Position numbers and translations under genes: made by a program | Source: the human T2T-CHM13v2.0 reference genome, Homo sapiens | DNA: 64,000 bases | Direction: 5' to 3' (one strand) | Assembly (NCBI RefSeq): GCF_009914755.1 | Contig: NC_060941.1 | The notes under the pieces: model-generated | The model's input: only the letters and a program-made list of their open reading frames with translations | The model's database searches: none | Told to the model about the DNA's origin: nothing | Shown here: positions 61,785 through 64,000 of the stretch, in pieces | Position numbering within the stretch: the stretch's first letter is position 1 | Layout of the letters: the number at the start of each line of letters is the position of its first letter

Positions 61785-61832
61785 GCAGGAGCAGCAGCGG
61801 CGGCAGCAGCAGCAGCAGCTGCAGCAACAGCA
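61785..61832. repeat. Interrupted (CAG)n repeat
   Basis: gcaggagcagcagcggcggcagcagcagcagcagctgcagcaacagca. Confidence 0.9.
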
Positions 61833-62112
61833 TTATTCTGTTCTTTCCAGTGATGAGAAGCAGCTGTTACACGGTGGATATCCTTTTCAAAATAGTAGAT
61901 CCTGGAAGTGAAAACTCATAATATAAACTTCTAGGTACAGGTGACAGAACAGAATCCAGAAAGCATTTAGGACCCGGGATACATGGATAAGTGATTATAG
62001 GAAGGTCTTGGGGTCATGGAATATGTGCAGCACATGGGGTCCAGAGGTCTGAGTTCAAGTTCTACCTTAAGGATATATATATATAACCTTGAGTCACACA
62101 CACTATACACTC

Positions 62113-62420
62113 TTTTTTTTTTTTTTTTTTTTTTTTTTTGAGACAGAGTCTTACTCTCTCACCCAGGCTGGAGTGCAGTAGTACAATCTTGGCTCACTGC
62201 AACCTCCCCCTCCTGGGCTGAAGCAATCCTCTCACCTCAGCCACCAAGTAGCTGGGACTACAGGCATGAGCCACCATGCCTGGCTAATTTTTGTACTTTT
62301 TGTACAGGCAGGGTTTCACCATATTGCCCACACTGGTCTCAAACTCTTGAGGTCAAGCAATCCACTTGCTTCAGCCTCCAAAAGTGTTGGGATTACAGGC
62401 ATCAGCCACCATGCCCAGCC
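62113..62420 (-). mobile_element. AluJ-type element
   Basis: Reverse Alu with long poly-T. Confidence 0.9.
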
Positions 62421-62544
62421 TCAGTTTCCTTCCCCAGAAAATTGTATATCTTGTAGGGTTATTGTGAAGATTAAAGTGGAATGTGCATGCAAAAGTACTT
62501 TGCAAACCACAAAGCTCTAGGTTGGTGTAAATAACTGAACTTTT

Positions 62545-62755
62545 AAAAAAAATTTACTTTAAGTTCTGGGATACAACGTGCAGAACGTGCAGGTTTGTTA
62601 CATAGGTATACATGTGCCATGGTGGTTTGCTGCACCTATCAACTCGCCCTCTAGGTTTTAAGCTCTGCATGCATTAGGTATTTGTCCTAATTCTCTCCCT
62701 CCCCTTGCCCCCTACCCACCGACAGGCCCTGGTGTGTGATGTTCCCCTCCCTATG
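62545..62755 (-). mobile_element. 5'-truncated L1PA 3' end
   Basis: tactttaagttctgggatac...gcagaacgtgcaggtttgttacataggtatacatgtgccatggtggtttgctgcacc; TSD aat(a/g)actgaacttt. Confidence 0.9.
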
Positions 62756-63934
62756 AATGACTGAACTTTATATCAATGCGTTTGTGTCAATGTTCTGCTA
62801 TAAAGCACTGCAATCCTTTTTAACTTTTAAAAATGGAAATAACTTTTTTTTTTAGTTCTTGGTAATATACAATCATTGTAAAAAATTAAAGCAAAATGAG
62901 AAAGTGCAAGTTTCTTTAATCTCAACTGTTGCTGACACTTTCTAATTCTTATTTATTTAATGATATCTCAATATATTAACTGAAAAAAGTTTCAAACATT
63001 TTTGTAGTATGGTCCTATTTACGGCTTAGGAATTACTGCCAATCAAATATTAGTGACAAGAATAAACATGCAATACGCTACGTTAAGATTATATGATCTC
63101 TTAGAGACTTTTATAATTCTCAAATTCTATCAATTATTGCTAAAGATCCTTTATGTATTTAAACTAGAATAGAGTACTAGTTAGAATTTAGGTTCTACAT
63201 GGTAAAAATGGAGATAATACAAGTGCAAATTCATAGTTTGAATGAAGATTAAATTAGATAATGCACAGTATTTTCATAAAGCAACAGAAAAGTTAGTTGC
63301 TATGATTATCAATAATACATTTAGGTTATTTTGTTACTTGCTTTTGCTAAAGGACTTGCTTATTGATGACCACAGGGTAGTTTATCTGATTAACCTGTGA
63401 TTACTGGGGATAAATAAAGTAGAAGGCTTTAGGAAATAAGATTGTTAATTTACAAGGTTGGGAGGTAGTGCAGAAGTAATTATGAAGACTGTGGAGGTTG
63501 GAAGCAGTGGGTGGGGACAAGTAGGTAGTCCGGCTAGGTGATGGCCTGGGACTTTCTGATCTGTGGTGTCTGGCTGTCGCTTCTTTGGTCATAAACTCTT
63601 AACTACTGTTCCTGAGATTTCATGTGCATTTCCCTATACAAATCTTTAGTGCTACTGCCAGACTGTTAATATGTGAGGAGATAGTGCTTGCTTTTTTTCT
63701 CTGACAATGACAAGAAACTTATTATATGAACCACGTCAAAATTCCATAGTAATTTTTTTCTCCATTTGATCTAACTCCAAAGTCTTTTCCCTACCTCTTA
63801 TTAAAATTTAAATGTTATACGTGCAACACTTGGAACAGAACAAGAGGCACAGGATCTTTTAAAGTTTAAAGGTTACTTTTAAAAAATCACATTTGCTAAG
63901 GGAATTTCTTCTGTATCTTTGAAAAGCTGTTAAA

Positions 63935-63936
<2 letters not shown>

Positions 63937-63965
<29 letters not shown>
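63937..63965. repeat. (CA)n microsatellite
   Basis: Direct reading. Confidence 0.95.
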
Positions 63966-63968
<3 letters not shown>

Positions 63969-64000
63969 CTCCCAGCTGTCAATGAATGGTATAAATAACA

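Overview
Primate, almost certainly human, genomic DNA: AluY/AluS/AluJ elements throughout, and an HNF1B protein matching the human sequence as I recall it (17q12). HNF1B (TCF2, a POU-specific/atypical homeodomain transcription factor) lies on the minus strand. Coding exons 1-6 are complete and exon 7 runs off the left edge; all have GT-AG boundaries and phases that join into one frame. The window also holds the CpG-island promoter (DR1 site, two octamers, TATA-like box), the alternative exon-3 acceptor (26-aa shorter isoform) and the intron-4 read-through coding tail (truncated isoform). About 20 kb of repeat-rich upstream sequence follows. Most of the supplied ORFs are Alu/MIR-derived or GC-rich antisense noise. 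Main observations: (1) a phase-consistent three-exon, 115-aa ORF upstream of HNF1B built partly from a MER45 transposon and a MIR, a candidate de novo gene; (2) an intron-4 enhancer candidate with a DR5 RARE, MAF half-sites, Meis sites and a homeodomain palindrome; (3) a ~90-bp inverted local copy inserted into an Alu; (4) a diverged copy of the HNF1B 5'UTR ~2 kb upstream that ends near the TSS; (5) an Alu collapsed to ~50 bp with intact TSDs; (6) nested transposons, a promoter-proximal 16-bp tandem repeat and inverted Alu pairs. Repeat boundaries and family calls were made by eye and are approximate.
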